This document shows, piece after piece, positions 1 through 10,142 of a stretch of DNA of 64,000 bases. Each line of letters opens with the position of its first letter. The stretch's first letter is position 1. Under the pieces are notes generated by a model. The model made no database searches and was not told where the DNA came from. It saw only the letters and a list, made by a program, of their open reading frames with translations. This stretch comes from Nitrospira sp. Its GTDB lineage: Bacteria; Nitrospirota; Nitrospiria; Nitrospirales; Nitrospiraceae. The stretch covers positions 1,568,001 to 1,632,000 of the forward strand of contig AP038806.1 of the NCBI GenBank assembly GCA_047150005.1, in the 5' to 3' direction. The position numbers were made by a program, and so were the translations under genes.

Positions 1-265
1 TCGCGCACGCGACGTGCACGGCTTCGGTCATTTCCTCGATGTTTGATCCTTTCTCAAGGGAAGCCTGGGTATAGGCGTCGATGCAGTACGGGCACTGCAC
101 GGTGTGGGCGACGGCGAGCGCGATCAAGGCCTTTTCGCGCTCCGTCAACGCTCCTTCGGCAAAGCACGCGCTGTAGTACGCCATGAATTTTTCCCAGAGG
201 GCCTTGTTGTCTTTTCCCATATCGGAAAATTTTCCAAGGTCATGCGGATGGTAATAGGTGTCCAT
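1..265 (-). CDS. AhpD/carboxymuconolactone-decarboxylase family peroxidase-like protein (runs off the window edge)
   Basis: Manual translation: MDTYYHPHDLGKFSDMGKDNKALWEKF...EREKALIALAVAHTVQCPYCIDAY, an AhpD-type CxxC. GGGAG RBS upstream. Confidence 0.8.
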   Translation of the reverse strand, partial: MDTYYHPHDLGKFSDMGKDNKALWEKFMAYYSACFAEGALTEREKALIALAVAHTVQCPYCIDAYTQASLEKGSNIEEMTEAVHVACA

Positions 266-339
266 GAGAACTCCCTGATTTGGAAGGTTACGGTTGAGGC
301 TGAGGCTGAGAAAAGGGTCAGAGGTTCCCGACCTCAATG

Positions 340-624
340 TCACGCGTTGCTGGGCGGACCCGCGTCGGCCTGGGCGAGGATTTGAGAAAAGCAGCGTCCG
401 ACGATACCGGTCACTTTTCCCAGAAGATCCGTGACTTCCTGCCATTCGTTGGGGAGCAAGTCTTGTTTGAGCTGGGGGTGAATCGCCCATTGAGCATCGA
501 CCTGGGACCCCGTGCGGCTGACCTGAACCCGAAGCAGTTCGATTTCCGTGGCGGACGATTCGGCTTCGTCCGGCTGGGGTGGATTGCCGTTCGGTTGTCC
601 TGAGGGAGGCACTGACCTGGCCAT
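340..624 (-). CDS. Hypothetical protein
   Basis: ORF with AAAAGGAG RBS upstream of ATG 624; co-oriented with its neighbours. Confidence 0.6.
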   Translation of the reverse strand: MARSVPPSGQPNGNPPQPDEAESSATEIELLRVQVSRTGSQVDAQWAIHPQLKQDLLPNEWQEVTDLLGKVTGIVGRCFSQILAQADAGPPSNA

Positions 625-740
625 ACGTCGCACTCCTTTTCTTCCGCGGACTTCTCAGGATCATACTCCATCGACCTTGCCGCTGTATATGATAGTCGGG
701 CGCCGTATCTTGAGGAGGTCGCCGTCGGGTCGTGTTTCGG

Positions 741-1562
741 TCAGGGACGAGGCCGCGCTCCTTGTCGGAGGACCTCCAGCATGGCCTCATGGATCAGCCC
801 GTTGCTGGCGACCAGCTCTTTCCCGTAAATCGAGTGGGCGCCGCCGGCAAAATCCGTGACGGTTCCTCCCGCTTCCGTGAGAACGACGACTCCCGCCGCC
901 ATGTCCCAGGGGTTCAATCGGACTTCCCAGAATCCGTCGAATCGTCCGGACGCCACGTAGCAGAGATCCAGGGCCGCGCTGCCCGTTCGACGCAGCCCCT
1001 GCGCCTTGAGCGCGAAGCGGGCGAAATGATCCAGATTGTTGTTGGCGGTTTCTCGGATATCATACGCGAATCCCGTGACCAAGAGCGCCCGATCCAGGTG
1101 ATTGACGCGCGAGACGGCAAGGGTGGTTCCGTTGAGATGCGCCCCGGCGCCGGCTTGGGCCGTGAACAATTCGTTTCTGGTCGGATCGAAGACGACGCCG
1201 ATCAGGCCGGTGCCGTCGCGCTCCACACCGATCGAGACGCTGTAGAATGGGAACCCGTGGGCAAAGTTGGTCGTTCCATCGAGCGGATCGACAATCCATT
1301 GATAACGGGAAGGGGCTTGGACGGTCGGTCCCTGTTCCTCGGCAAGAATCCGATGTGAAGGGAACCGTCGGCGTATCAGTTCGACGATGCATCGCTCGGC
1401 CGCACGGTCGGCGTCCGTGACGAGGTCGATGGGATTCTTATGTTCGATGCGGAAGCCGGCCTTGGCATAGTCCAGGAGCAGGCACCCGGCCTGCCTGGCG
1501 GCCTCGACCGCCACCGTCATCAATTGGTCGGGGGGAATGTCTTCTGAGTCTGCCGGACGCAT
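741..1562 (-). CDS. suhB: Inositol-1-monophosphatase family protein
   Basis: Motifs WIVDPLDGTTNFAHG, GSAALDLCYVA and WDMAAG. Confidence 0.93.
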   Translation of the reverse strand: MRPADSEDIPPDQLMTVAVEAARQAGCLLLDYAKAGFRIEHKNPIDLVTDADRAAERCIVELIRRRFPSHRILAEEQGPTVQAPSRYQWIVDPLDGTTNFAHGFPFYSVSIGVERDGTGLIGVVFDPTRNELFTAQAGAGAHLNGTTLAVSRVNHLDRALLVTGFAYDIRETANNNLDHFARFALKAQGLRRTGSAALDLCYVASGRFDGFWEVRLNPWDMAAGVVVLTEAGGTVTDFAGGAHSIYGKELVASNGLIHEAMLEVLRQGARPRP

Positions 1563-2155
1563 GGATGTCGCATGATAGCATGGCGGTTCTTGAATGGTCC
1601 GTGTCCGTGGGTCATGCGCGGCCCGACACGAACTTAAACGACTCCGCTCGTGGTTCCATCGTGCGGCAGGCCCCGATTCGCATTCGTTCTATTGACTTGA
1701 TTCATAAGCAAGACTATAAAGCAGAGACGACGATCAAGGTTTCGTGAACAAATGTGCGGAGAGATGCGTTCGTGCTGAGCAGTGAAACATGATTCGATAG
1801 GAACCATTATCAGGAAATCAACGACAGCACCACCGCCTGAACCGGGACGTCGCAACCCTGGATCAGTTTTGCGACTCGGCCGAAGCGCTCGATCGCGAAG
1901 ATGCCGACAACGATCCCGCCGATTGTTTTCACTCAACCGATTGCTGAAGCCGCTGGCAGTTGCCGACCGTCCGAGGCGTCGAGAGCTCATCCTGCTCGGA
2001 ATGGCGTCGGGGCCGCAGCGCGATGGGAGAATTTCCGCGAGTCGGTGCGAGCGGAACGCGCCGCTCACATCGAGGGCGACATCGGACAATAGTAAGAGAA
2101 AGGCCGCGCCTATACCCGGGTCTGACGGACTGACGGACGAAGGGAGGTGAGAGTC

Positions 2156-2194
2156 TTGGCGACGAAGAAAGCAGCGAAGAAGAAAAAGAAGTAA
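2156..2194 (+). CDS. 12-aa lysine-rich micropeptide MATKKAAKKKKK
   Basis: Near-perfect SD GGAGGTGA ending 5 nt before TTG; TAA stop followed by a strong hairpin. Confidence 0.5.
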   Translation: MATKKAAKKKKK

Positions 2195-2210
2195 GTCCCG
2201 CCTTGATTCC

Positions 2211-2244
2211 AGCGTCGGGAACGAGGCCACTCGTTCCCGACGTT
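2211..2244 (+). terminator. Stem-loop CGTCGGGAACGAG-gcca-CTCGTTCCCGACG
   Basis: Perfect 13-bp inverted repeat between the micropeptide and the convergent lpxC; no clear U-tract. Confidence 0.55.
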
Positions 2245-2343
2245 GACCGACGACCCCACCGCTTCATCGGTATCTCGACGCAGACCAATCGACCGCCCCC
2301 GAGGGGGGCGGGACAGTCTCGATGTGGCTTCTTGCAAGGGTGT

Positions 2344-3282
2344 TTAGGAAGCGGCTTGGAGCGCCACAGGCGCGGTCGGCCGCGAGGAGGACACGGCGGA
2401 AAGAAGCTCGGGAACCGTCACGCCATGGTCGGCGTTGAGGAGCACCCAACAGTCCGGATGATCCAGAATCTGCTTCACGAGTTTTGTGTGCAGGGCATGT
2501 CCTGAGCGGTCGGCAATCAGATGACCGATGAACGGAACTCCCAGGAGCGCAAAGTCGCCGATCAGGTCCAGCACCTTGTGCCGGACGAACTCGTCGGCAA
2601 AACGGAGGCCGGATTCATTCAAGACTCCGTCCTTCGACAACACAACCGTATTGTCCAGGTTGCCGCCGCGCCCAAGCCCGCGCGCCCATAGGGCCTCGAC
2701 TTCCTCCAAGAATCCGAACGTCCGGGCATCGGCAATCTCCGACTCGAATGCGTCCGCCGAGTATTCATGGGTGTACGTCTGCGTCTGAATCAGAGGATGG
2801 TTGTATTGAATAGAATAGGTGATTCTCGGCGTCGACGACGGCTCAATACGAATCCGGCGTGACCCGTCCACCACTTCAAGAGGTCTTGTCATCTTCAGAT
2901 ACGGTTGGCGCTTGGCTTGGGAAACCAAGCCGGCCGAACGGATCAAACGCACGAACTGTGCGGAGCTGCCATCCATGACCGGCGCTTCCCCCGCATCGAC
3001 GTCGACGAACACATTGTCGACGTTCAATCCGGCCAGTGCCGCCAAGACATGCTCGATCGTCTTGACCTGAAATCCATTGCCGCTGATCGCCGTGCAAAGC
3101 TCGGTCGGCACCAAATGCTTGACGGTCGCCGCGAGAGAGGCTCCCGCATGTCCATTTCGATTGACAAAGACGACGCCGCTATCAGGAGGAGCCGGCCTCA
3201 TGGTCAAGGTCACGGGTTGGCCTGAATGAAGACCAACACCTGTGCAGGTTATCGTATTGGCTAAGGTCTGTTGCAGTCTCAC
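2344..3282 (-). CDS. lpxC: UDP-3-O-acyl-N-acetylglucosamine deacetylase
   Basis: Motifs GVGLHSG, TIEHVLAAL, ARTFGF, EFVRHKVLDLIGD and SGH. GTG start at 3282 with GGAGG RBS. Confidence 0.96.
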   Translation of the reverse strand: MRLQQTLANTITCTGVGLHSGQPVTLTMRPAPPDSGVVFVNRNGHAGASLAATVKHLVPTELCTAISGNGFQVKTIEHVLAALAGLNVDNVFVDVDAGEAPVMDGSSAQFVRLIRSAGLVSQAKRQPYLKMTRPLEVVDGSRRIRIEPSSTPRITYSIQYNHPLIQTQTYTHEYSADAFESEIADARTFGFLEEVEALWARGLGRGGNLDNTVVLSKDGVLNESGLRFADEFVRHKVLDLIGDFALLGVPFIGHLIADRSGHALHTKLVKQILDHPDCWVLLNADHGVTVPELLSAVSSSRPTAPVALQAAS

Positions 3283-3310
3283 CTGGCACCTCCGATCTGC
3301 AGGTGGAGAC

Positions 3311-3326
3311 AGCAACTCACATGCCA
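3311..3326 (-). promoter_or_regulatory. Sigma-54 -24/-12 promoter upstream of lpxC
   Basis: TGGCATGTGAGTTGCT on the minus strand, with an AT-rich tract upstream. Confidence 0.6.
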
Positions 3327-3490
3327 ATAGAAATTCTGGCAGGAATGTATCGTAAGATATTGTTATATAATGTATTTATTCATTCTATCTGATTCAGATT
3401 CATTGTTGTAAAAACCTGACACCTGTGACTTTTGAGAAGGAGTGCCATCGGCTTTTCCCTCCAACTACCCCCGCGATAAAAAAGCGGCGA

Positions 3491-4351
3491 TCATCTCGTC
3501 ACCAGCACCGACGCGGAGGATCGTTGCGCGACTCGGGTCGATACGCTGCCCAGCACGAACCTGGCGATCGCTCCCAGACCCTGCGCTCCCATGACGATCA
3601 AGTCCGCTCGGCGCTCCGTGGCCACCTTCACGATCTCATCAGCCGGCCTGCCCAACCGGCAGACGGCGTCAGCGGCGAAGCCCGCGTCGGCCAGCTTGCG
3701 TCGATACTCTTCAGCGAGGCGACTCCCCGCTTCCTTCAGTTCCGGATACTTGAGAAATGGCATCACATGAACCACCGTCACGTGGATCGGTTCCCGGGCA
3801 TCCCTCGTGGAGACGGTAGGGCGGAATTTCGTCAGGAGCCATTTCATCGCCTGCCGTGAAGACGGCGATCCGTCGGCCGCCAGGACGATCCGGCGCACCG
3901 ACTTGACGTGCGTCTTGGCGATCAGCACGGGGCAGGACGCATGATGCAGCACATTGGTCGAGATACTGCCGAGCATCAGGCGGTCGAGTGCATCGAGTCC
4001 CTGGCTGCCGACGATGATCATGCCGTGGGTGCTCTGGGCTTGCTTGAGAATCGTCGGCGCGACGCCCCCGCGCAATTCCTTCGCCTTCCCGTTGAGGCGA
4101 AGAACGCGCATCTGCCGGCGCGCCCCGGCGAGGGTCTCGGCCGACCGCCGCTCCATCCGCCTGATTTCCTGCTGGATGAACCGCTCGTTCCCGGCCACCA
4201 TGGACTGCGAGACAAACGGGGCTCGCAGGGCGGCGATATCCAGAACATGCAAGGCCGTTATCCGAGGCTTGTCTTTCAGCGGCAGCGCCGCCGCCCAACT
4301 CAAAGCCTGCCGGCCATACTGTGATCCATCCATGGCGACTAGAACGTTCAT
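3491..4351 (-). CDS. Universal stress protein (tandem USP domains)
   Basis: N-terminal VLVAMDGS; two G-x2-G-x9-GS(I/V)S motifs. Confidence 0.93.
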   Translation of the reverse strand: MNVLVAMDGSQYGRQALSWAAALPLKDKPRITALHVLDIAALRAPFVSQSMVAGNERFIQQEIRRMERRSAETLAGARRQMRVLRLNGKAKELRGGVAPTILKQAQSTHGMIIVGSQGLDALDRLMLGSISTNVLHHASCPVLIAKTHVKSVRRIVLAADGSPSSRQAMKWLLTKFRPTVSTRDAREPIHVTVVHVMPFLKYPELKEAGSRLAEEYRRKLADAGFAADAVCRLGRPADEIVKVATERRADLIVMGAQGLGAIARFVLGSVSTRVAQRSSASVLVTR

Positions 4352-4502
4352 CTTCTCGTCCTTTCGTGTGAGCGGCGTCGTTCAGGTAACCGACGGCCTC
4401 GACTTGTTGACGGAGCGGCTCTGTGAACACTCGACCTGTGCCAGGCGACAGAGAGCCGGCTCCATGCCCGGTCGCCCATTCCGACAATGGTGCGGAAGGT
4501 CC

Positions 4503-5357
4503 TCATCTACCTGGACTCTCTTGAAGGGGCCCCGGATTTCTCAAGTACACAGACCAATAGACCAACGCGACGAGGATGGTCCCACCCAGCAGATTTCCGA
4601 TCGTCACGAGCAGCAGATTGCTGAGGGCGCCGGCCAGCGAAACTGGCGCGGCGCCGGCTGATGTCAGAATGATTCCGATGGGGAGAAAGTACATGTTGGC
4701 GACGGAATGTTCGAACCCGCAGGCCACGAAGGCGCTGATCGGGAATATGATCGCCAGAATCTTATCGGCGACACCGCGCGCACCCATGCACAACCACAGG
4801 GCGAGGCACACGAGTACGTTGCAGAGCATACCTCTGGTAAGGGCCGATAGCGGATCGAGCGACACCTTGGCTCGCGCGATCCGCACCATCGTGTCTCCGA
4901 CTGCGCCGTCATTCAGACTGTGTACGTTGGCCATCCAGATCAAAATCGCCGTTCCGACTGCTCCGACCAAGTTGCCGAGATAGACCCACACCCAGTTCCG
5001 AAGGACTTGCAGAGCGGTCACGCGGCCGGACGCCCAAGCCATCGCGATCAGATTGTTGCCGGTGAAGAGTTCCGCCCCGCCGACCACCACAAGAATGAGC
5101 CCTAAGCTGAATGTTACGCCACCCGCCAAGCGCACAAGTCCGATGGTCGTCGGTGGATCGGCGGGTCCCGTCGTGATGGTCACGGTGTAAAAGAGTGCTC
5201 CTAAGGCGATGAATGCTCCCGCCAATAGCGCCAAGGCAAACATCGTGGGAACAGGGAGGGTCGCTTTGGTCACACCGCCGTCGCGCACCCGCATGGCAAT
5301 CTGCGCGGGGGCATAGGCGTCGAGCGGTAATGCGGAAGATGTCTCGATGGGATCCAT
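4503..5357 (-). CDS. focA: Formate/nitrite transporter (FNT family)
   Basis: Motifs GAELFTGN, GNLVGA, CNVLVC and GFEHSVANM; directly downstream of formate dehydrogenase. Confidence 0.92.
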   Translation of the reverse strand: MDPIETSSALPLDAYAPAQIAMRVRDGGVTKATLPVPTMFALALLAGAFIALGALFYTVTITTGPADPPTTIGLVRLAGGVTFSLGLILVVVGGAELFTGNNLIAMAWASGRVTALQVLRNWVWVYLGNLVGAVGTAILIWMANVHSLNDGAVGDTMVRIARAKVSLDPLSALTRGMLCNVLVCLALWLCMGARGVADKILAIIFPISAFVACGFEHSVANMYFLPIGIILTSAGAAPVSLAGALSNLLLVTIGNLLGGTILVALVYWSVYLRNPGPLQESPGR

Positions 5358-5363
5358 GTGCGC

Positions 5364-8108
5364 CTAAAGAATGAGTTGCCTGCGAATCTGTCGGAGTTCC
5401 ACTTCATCTTCTCGATCGAGGGCGTCCCGGTCGATCGGCTCCACCCGGACGGCCGACACCTTGTATTCCGGGCACTTTGAGCTGTCGTCGGCGCTCGATG
5501 AGAGCAATTCGTTCACTGTCGAAGCCGGGAAATGAAAGCTGGTGAAGAGATGTCGGGGAAGCACACGCTCACTTCTCACGACCGGAAGGATCGCCGTACC
5601 TCTGGCGCTCACCAAACGGACGATCGCGCCTTCAATCAGATGCAGCCGGTCGATATCGAGCGGGTGCATCTCCAGCACGTCCGTGTCCACTAAGGCCAGG
5701 ATGTCCGTCCGCCTTGTTTGAGCTCCGCAATTATAGTGCTGCAGGATCCGCCCCGTCGTGAGGACAAACGGATACTCTTCGCTCGCCGCTTCGCCCGGCG
5801 GCAGATAGTCCACCGAGATGAAGCGCGCCTTGCCCTTGGGAAAGCTCTCCTGGTGCATCATCGGCGTCCCCGGATGCGTTCCGTCGGGAACCGGCCACTG
5901 CAGACCGGCATGATCCTCCAGTCGGTCGTACGAGACGCCGGCGAACATGGGGGTCAGTTGTGCGATCTCGTCCATGATCTCCGATGGGTGGGTGTAGGTC
6001 ATCGGATAACCCATCCGACGGGACACCTCGCAGACGACGCGCCAGTCCGGGAGAATGCCTTGTGGTGGGTCCACTGCTTTTCGGATGCGCTGAATCCGCC
6101 GTTCCAGGTTGGTGAAGGTGCCGTCCTTCTCCAAGAAGGAGGCGCCGGGGAGGATCAGGTGAGCGAACTTGGCGGTCTCACTAAAAAAAAGGTCTTGTAC
6201 CACAAGAAACTCCAGGCGCTTGAGCGCCGCATGGACTTTCTTGAGATTTGGATCGGTTTGTGCGACGTCGTAGCCGATGATCCAGAGGGCTCGCAGGCGG
6301 CCGTCGACCGCGGCATCCCACATCTCGGGGGTTTTCATCCCACGCATTCCCGGCAGAGGGCGGCCTGTGATCCGTTGATGCCGCATCGAGAGTTCGGGAT
6401 CGTCTAAAGATTGATAGCCGGCAAAATAGGTCGGGAGACAGCCGACGTCCGAGGCGCCCTGCACGTTGTTCTGGCCGCGCAACGGATTGATGCCGGTGCC
6501 CGGCCTGCCGATATTTCCGGTAGCCAACGCCAGATTCACCAGCGCGATGACTCCGTGACTGCCCCAACGATGCTCGGTCACGCCGAGCCCGTGCGCGCAA
6601 AAGGACGCGCCGCTTGACGCGTATCGGCGAGCCGCCTCTCGTATGAGAGAAGCCGGGATACCGGTGATCCGCTCGGTTTTCTCGGGCGTGCAATCCGCGA
6701 CCGCCCGCTTCCATTCGTTCAGACCTTCGGTTCTGGCGCGGGTGAATTCCTCATCAAGGAGGCCTTCGTGAGCGATCACGTGGCCCATCCCGTTCAGCAA
6801 CGCCACGTTGGTCCCCGGTTCGAGTTGCAGATGCAGATCGGCCAGCCGGGCCAACTCGGTCCGCCGCGGATCAATGACGATGAGAAACACGCCCTTCCGG
6901 TGCGCCTGTTTGATGCGGGCACCGACAACGGGATGGGACTCCGTCGGATTAGCCCCGACCACCATGATGAGCCTGGCGAAATCCAGGTCTGCAATGGAAT
7001 TCGTCGCGGCGGAGGCCCCGAGTGTTTCCATCATTCCGGTGACCGTGGCGCTGTGGCAAACCCGCGCGCAGTTGTCGATATGATTGGTTCCGATCACGCA
7101 GCGCATGAACTTACCGAACAGATAATTCTCTTCGTTCGTTCCCCGACTCGAGGAAATCGTCGCCAGCGCGTCCCGGCCGTGCACTCGTGTAATCCGAGAG
7201 AATTCCCGTGCGACATGGTCAAGAGCCGCGTCCCAGGAAATCTCCTTCCAGTGATCTCCCTCACGGAGCAACGGCCTCCGCAGCCGCTCCTCGGCGGTCG
7301 TGTAGGTCCAACCGAATCGTCCCTTCATACAGGCATGGCCGAGATTCGACGGCCCATCGTCGGCGGGGAGCATCTGCACGACCTGTCCCTCGCGCACGCC
7401 CGCATCGAACGTGCAGCCCACCCCGCAGTAGGCGCAGGTGGTTTTCACAGTCTGAGTAGGCCGTCCCAGCCGGAGCACGGTGTTTTCCGTCAGCGCGCCG
7501 GTCGGGCATTCCTTCACGCACGCTCCGCAGGACACACAGTTGGACGTGGCGAATGCCGCAGTGTGGCCGAGAATGGCGGCGGCGCCGGCCACAGGCCTTG
7601 CCGCAAATCCCCTCCCCGTCATGGTCAACGCGAAAGTGCCCTGGATCTCATCGCAGGCCCGGACGCAGCGGGCGCAGGAAATACAGGACGCGTTGTCGAA
7701 CGTAAAGAACGGATTCGAGTCGTCACGCACGGCGAGACGCGTCTGATGAGCACCGTCCGGATAGCGAACTTTCCGGACCCCGTAGGTAAGCGCCAGTTCG
7801 CGCAGTGGTTCGGACGTCGAACCGTTCGGCTGTTCGGACAAATACAGTTCGACGATATTCTGCCGATGGAAGGTCAGTCGATCACTCTCCGTTCGCACCA
7901 CCATACCGGGACGAACCGGTGTCGTGCAGGAGGCCGGGGTGCCGGGCTGTCCCTCGATTTCGCATAGGCAGAGGCGGCAGGAACCGAAGGGAGCCAGGTG
8001 ATGCGAGATGCAGAGACCGGGGATCGCAACGCCGGCCTTGTGAGCGGCGGTGTAAATGGTATCGCCCGGTTCGGCCGCGACGACCTGACCGTTGATCGTA
8101 AGGTTCAT
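5364..8108 (-). CDS. fdsA: NAD-dependent formate dehydrogenase alpha subunit (Mo/W-bisPGD, Cys ligand)
   Basis: N-terminal 2Fe-2S site, two CxxCxxCxxxC motifs, CAYCGVGC, NCARVCH, LRGQNNVQG and C-terminal PEYK. Confidence 0.95.
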   Translation of the reverse strand: MNLTINGQVVAAEPGDTIYTAAHKAGVAIPGLCISHHLAPFGSCRLCLCEIEGQPGTPASCTTPVRPGMVVRTESDRLTFHRQNIVELYLSEQPNGSTSEPLRELALTYGVRKVRYPDGAHQTRLAVRDDSNPFFTFDNASCISCARCVRACDEIQGTFALTMTGRGFAARPVAGAAAILGHTAAFATSNCVSCGACVKECPTGALTENTVLRLGRPTQTVKTTCAYCGVGCTFDAGVREGQVVQMLPADDGPSNLGHACMKGRFGWTYTTAEERLRRPLLREGDHWKEISWDAALDHVAREFSRITRVHGRDALATISSSRGTNEENYLFGKFMRCVIGTNHIDNCARVCHSATVTGMMETLGASAATNSIADLDFARLIMVVGANPTESHPVVGARIKQAHRKGVFLIVIDPRRTELARLADLHLQLEPGTNVALLNGMGHVIAHEGLLDEEFTRARTEGLNEWKRAVADCTPEKTERITGIPASLIREAARRYASSGASFCAHGLGVTEHRWGSHGVIALVNLALATGNIGRPGTGINPLRGQNNVQGASDVGCLPTYFAGYQSLDDPELSMRHQRITGRPLPGMRGMKTPEMWDAAVDGRLRALWIIGYDVAQTDPNLKKVHAALKRLEFLVVQDLFFSETAKFAHLILPGASFLEKDGTFTNLERRIQRIRKAVDPPQGILPDWRVVCEVSRRMGYPMTYTHPSEIMDEIAQLTPMFAGVSYDRLEDHAGLQWPVPDGTHPGTPMMHQESFPKGKARFISVDYLPPGEAASEEYPFVLTTGRILQHYNCGAQTRRTDILALVDTDVLEMHPLDIDRLHLIEGAIVRLVSARGTAILPVVRSERVLPRHLFTSFHFPASTVNELLSSSADDSSKCPEYKVSAVRVEPIDRDALDREDEVELRQIRRQLIL

Positions 8109-8119
8109 GGGACCACCGC

Positions 8120-9631
8120 TCAGCCTGTTTCTGTCCCCTCCGCTCTCAAGCGCACCTGAAACTCGCGGGGGAAATGTTCAATCGCTGTCAGAACCGGATA
8201 GGGCGCGCGGCTCCCCAGCGCACAGAGACTGGCCGCTTTCATTGTGTCCGCCAGTTCGGTCAGCAGCGTCAATTCAGCCGTCGTCGCTCGACCTCCATGA
8301 ACCAGGTCCAGCAATTCCCACCCGCGGACCGAGCCGATCCGGCAAGGCGTACATTTGCCGCAGGACTCGTCCGCCGTGAACGCCATGAAGTGGCGCGCGA
8401 GCTCCACCATGTCCGTACCCTCGTCGTAGACGACGATGCCACCGTGGCCCAGGATCGCCCCGGCATCTGAAAACGCGTCGTAGCAGATCGGAATGTCCAG
8501 CTTCGATTCAGGGAACAGGCTGCCCAGCGGCCCGCCGACCTGCACCGCTTTGAAACGAGAGCCGGCCGCCATCCCTCCGCCGAATTGGTCGAGGACTTTT
8601 CGCAGGGGCATCCCGAAGGGAATTTCGACGAGCCCAGGCTGCGCGACGCGTCCCCCGATCTGCAGCGCGATCGTTCCGCGCGACTGCTCCGTGCCGAACG
8701 ACGCGTGCCAGGCTCCGCCGCGGGCAAGAATATTCGGCACAGTCGCAAAGGTCAGCACGTTACTGACGATCGTCGGCTGTCCATAGAGTCCGCAGACCGC
8801 CGGATAGGGCGGTTTGGCGCGCACGACACCCCGTCGCCCCTCCAGTGACTCCAGTAAGGCCGTTTCTTCTCCGCAGACGTAGGAACCGGCGCCCAGCACA
8901 ATGTCGACGGCGAAAGGCCTGTCATGCAGCGTGAGGAGACCCGCTTCCTCGGCCAGGCGCACCGCCGTCCGCATCGCTCCCGCTGCGGCCGGGTACTCCT
9001 GTCGGCAATACACATATCCCTTTGTCGCGCCGATCGTATGGGCGCAGATCAGCATTCCTTCGATAAGTCGGAACGGGTCCCCTTCCATGATCATTCGGTC
9101 GCAATAGGTGCCGGCATCGCCCTCGTCCGCGTTCGCGACGACGAACCGCTCCGGCGCGTCCGTCTGCAAGGCTGCCTGCCATTTGCTCCAGACTGGAAAC
9201 GCCGCCCCGCCGCGTCCGCGAAGACCGGCGAGCTTGAGTTCGTCGATGATCGAATCGCGAGTCATGTCCAGCGCCTTCTCGAGTCCTTCAAAGCCGCCGG
9301 TCCTCCGGTATTCTTCCAAGGCAAGCGGTTGCGTGGTCCCGAAATTCGAGAACGTGCACCGGGTCTGAGCGGACAGAAACGGGATGGAATGGAGCGGAAC
9401 CCCTCCTCGTCCGGCTACAATCTCCGAGAGATCGTCCGCGGTCACGTTGAACCAGGCCATGCGACCGTCAGGGGCGTCTCGCTCGATCATCGGTTCGAGA
9501 AAGAAGGCTCCGCGCGACGAGGTGCGAACGAGCCGGACATCTGGTCGATGACGGAGCAGGTCCGCGAGCCGCTCTGCCCCGACCGCTCGGGACGATGTGT
9601 CGGAGGACAGATAGAGCGTGGCGTGGTTCAT
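8120..9631 (-). CDS. fdsB: Formate dehydrogenase beta (NuoF-like FMN/NADH) subunit
   Basis: Motifs GLRGRGGAAFP, NADEGD, YVCGEETAL and ESCGKCTPCR. ATG overlaps the fdsG stop (ATGA). Confidence 0.93.
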   Translation of the reverse strand: MNHATLYLSSDTSSRAVGAERLADLLRHRPDVRLVRTSSRGAFFLEPMIERDAPDGRMAWFNVTADDLSEIVAGRGGVPLHSIPFLSAQTRCTFSNFGTTQPLALEEYRRTGGFEGLEKALDMTRDSIIDELKLAGLRGRGGAAFPVWSKWQAALQTDAPERFVVANADEGDAGTYCDRMIMEGDPFRLIEGMLICAHTIGATKGYVYCRQEYPAAAGAMRTAVRLAEEAGLLTLHDRPFAVDIVLGAGSYVCGEETALLESLEGRRGVVRAKPPYPAVCGLYGQPTIVSNVLTFATVPNILARGGAWHASFGTEQSRGTIALQIGGRVAQPGLVEIPFGMPLRKVLDQFGGGMAAGSRFKAVQVGGPLGSLFPESKLDIPICYDAFSDAGAILGHGGIVVYDEGTDMVELARHFMAFTADESCGKCTPCRIGSVRGWELLDLVHGGRATTAELTLLTELADTMKAASLCALGSRAPYPVLTAIEHFPREFQVRLRAEGTETG

Positions 9632-10110
9632 TGATAACGATCCAAGAGGGAGGGAATCTGCGTCGGCTCGACTCGCCCGTAGAGATCCTGATTCACCGCC
9701 ACGGCAGGCGATACGGCGCAGTTGCCCATGCAATAGACCCTCTCGAGCGTGAAACGGCCGCCGGGATCGGTTTGGCCGATTTCGATGCCCAGCCGATCTC
9801 TGAGCGCCTTCACCAGTTGGACGCAATGATTGGCCACGCACGACTCTCCCGTACAGATACGGATGACGTGCCGCCCCGGAGCCGCCGTTCTCAGGTCCGG
9901 ATAGTACGAGAGGACGCCGGCGACCTCTGCCTCGCTCGCCCCGATCCCCCGCGCGATCTGCGGAACAGATTGCGGCGGCACGTATCCAATCCGGTCCTGG
10001 ATCGCCAGCAGCAGCCTGAGAATATTCGGACGGCCGGACAGGCCGGAGCGGCCTTGCTCCGCCGACAGGGCTTGCTCGATCTCATGGTCTGAGGAACGAT
10101 TGTCGGTCAT
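9628..10110 (-). CDS. fdsG: Formate dehydrogenase gamma (NuoE-like 2Fe-2S) subunit
   Basis: Motifs ICTGESC and VYCMGNCAVSP. Confidence 0.92.
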   Translation of the reverse strand: MTDNRSSDHEIEQALSAEQGRSGLSGRPNILRLLLAIQDRIGYVPPQSVPQIARGIGASEAEVAGVLSYYPDLRTAAPGRHVIRICTGESCVANHCVQLVKALRDRLGIEIGQTDPGGRFTLERVYCMGNCAVSPAVAVNQDLYGRVEPTQIPSLLDRYQ

Positions 10111-10142
10111 CGCACGCCGTCTCTCCCGCATTCGTCATGCCG

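Noticed and set aside
1634..2150. Several overlapping ORFs between suhB and lpxC
   Set aside because: No domain similarity or convincing RBS; only the 12-aa ORF has strong signals.
7060..7090. Selenocysteine in the formate dehydrogenase
   Set aside because: The active-site motif reads NCARVCH with Cys codons and no in-frame TGA.
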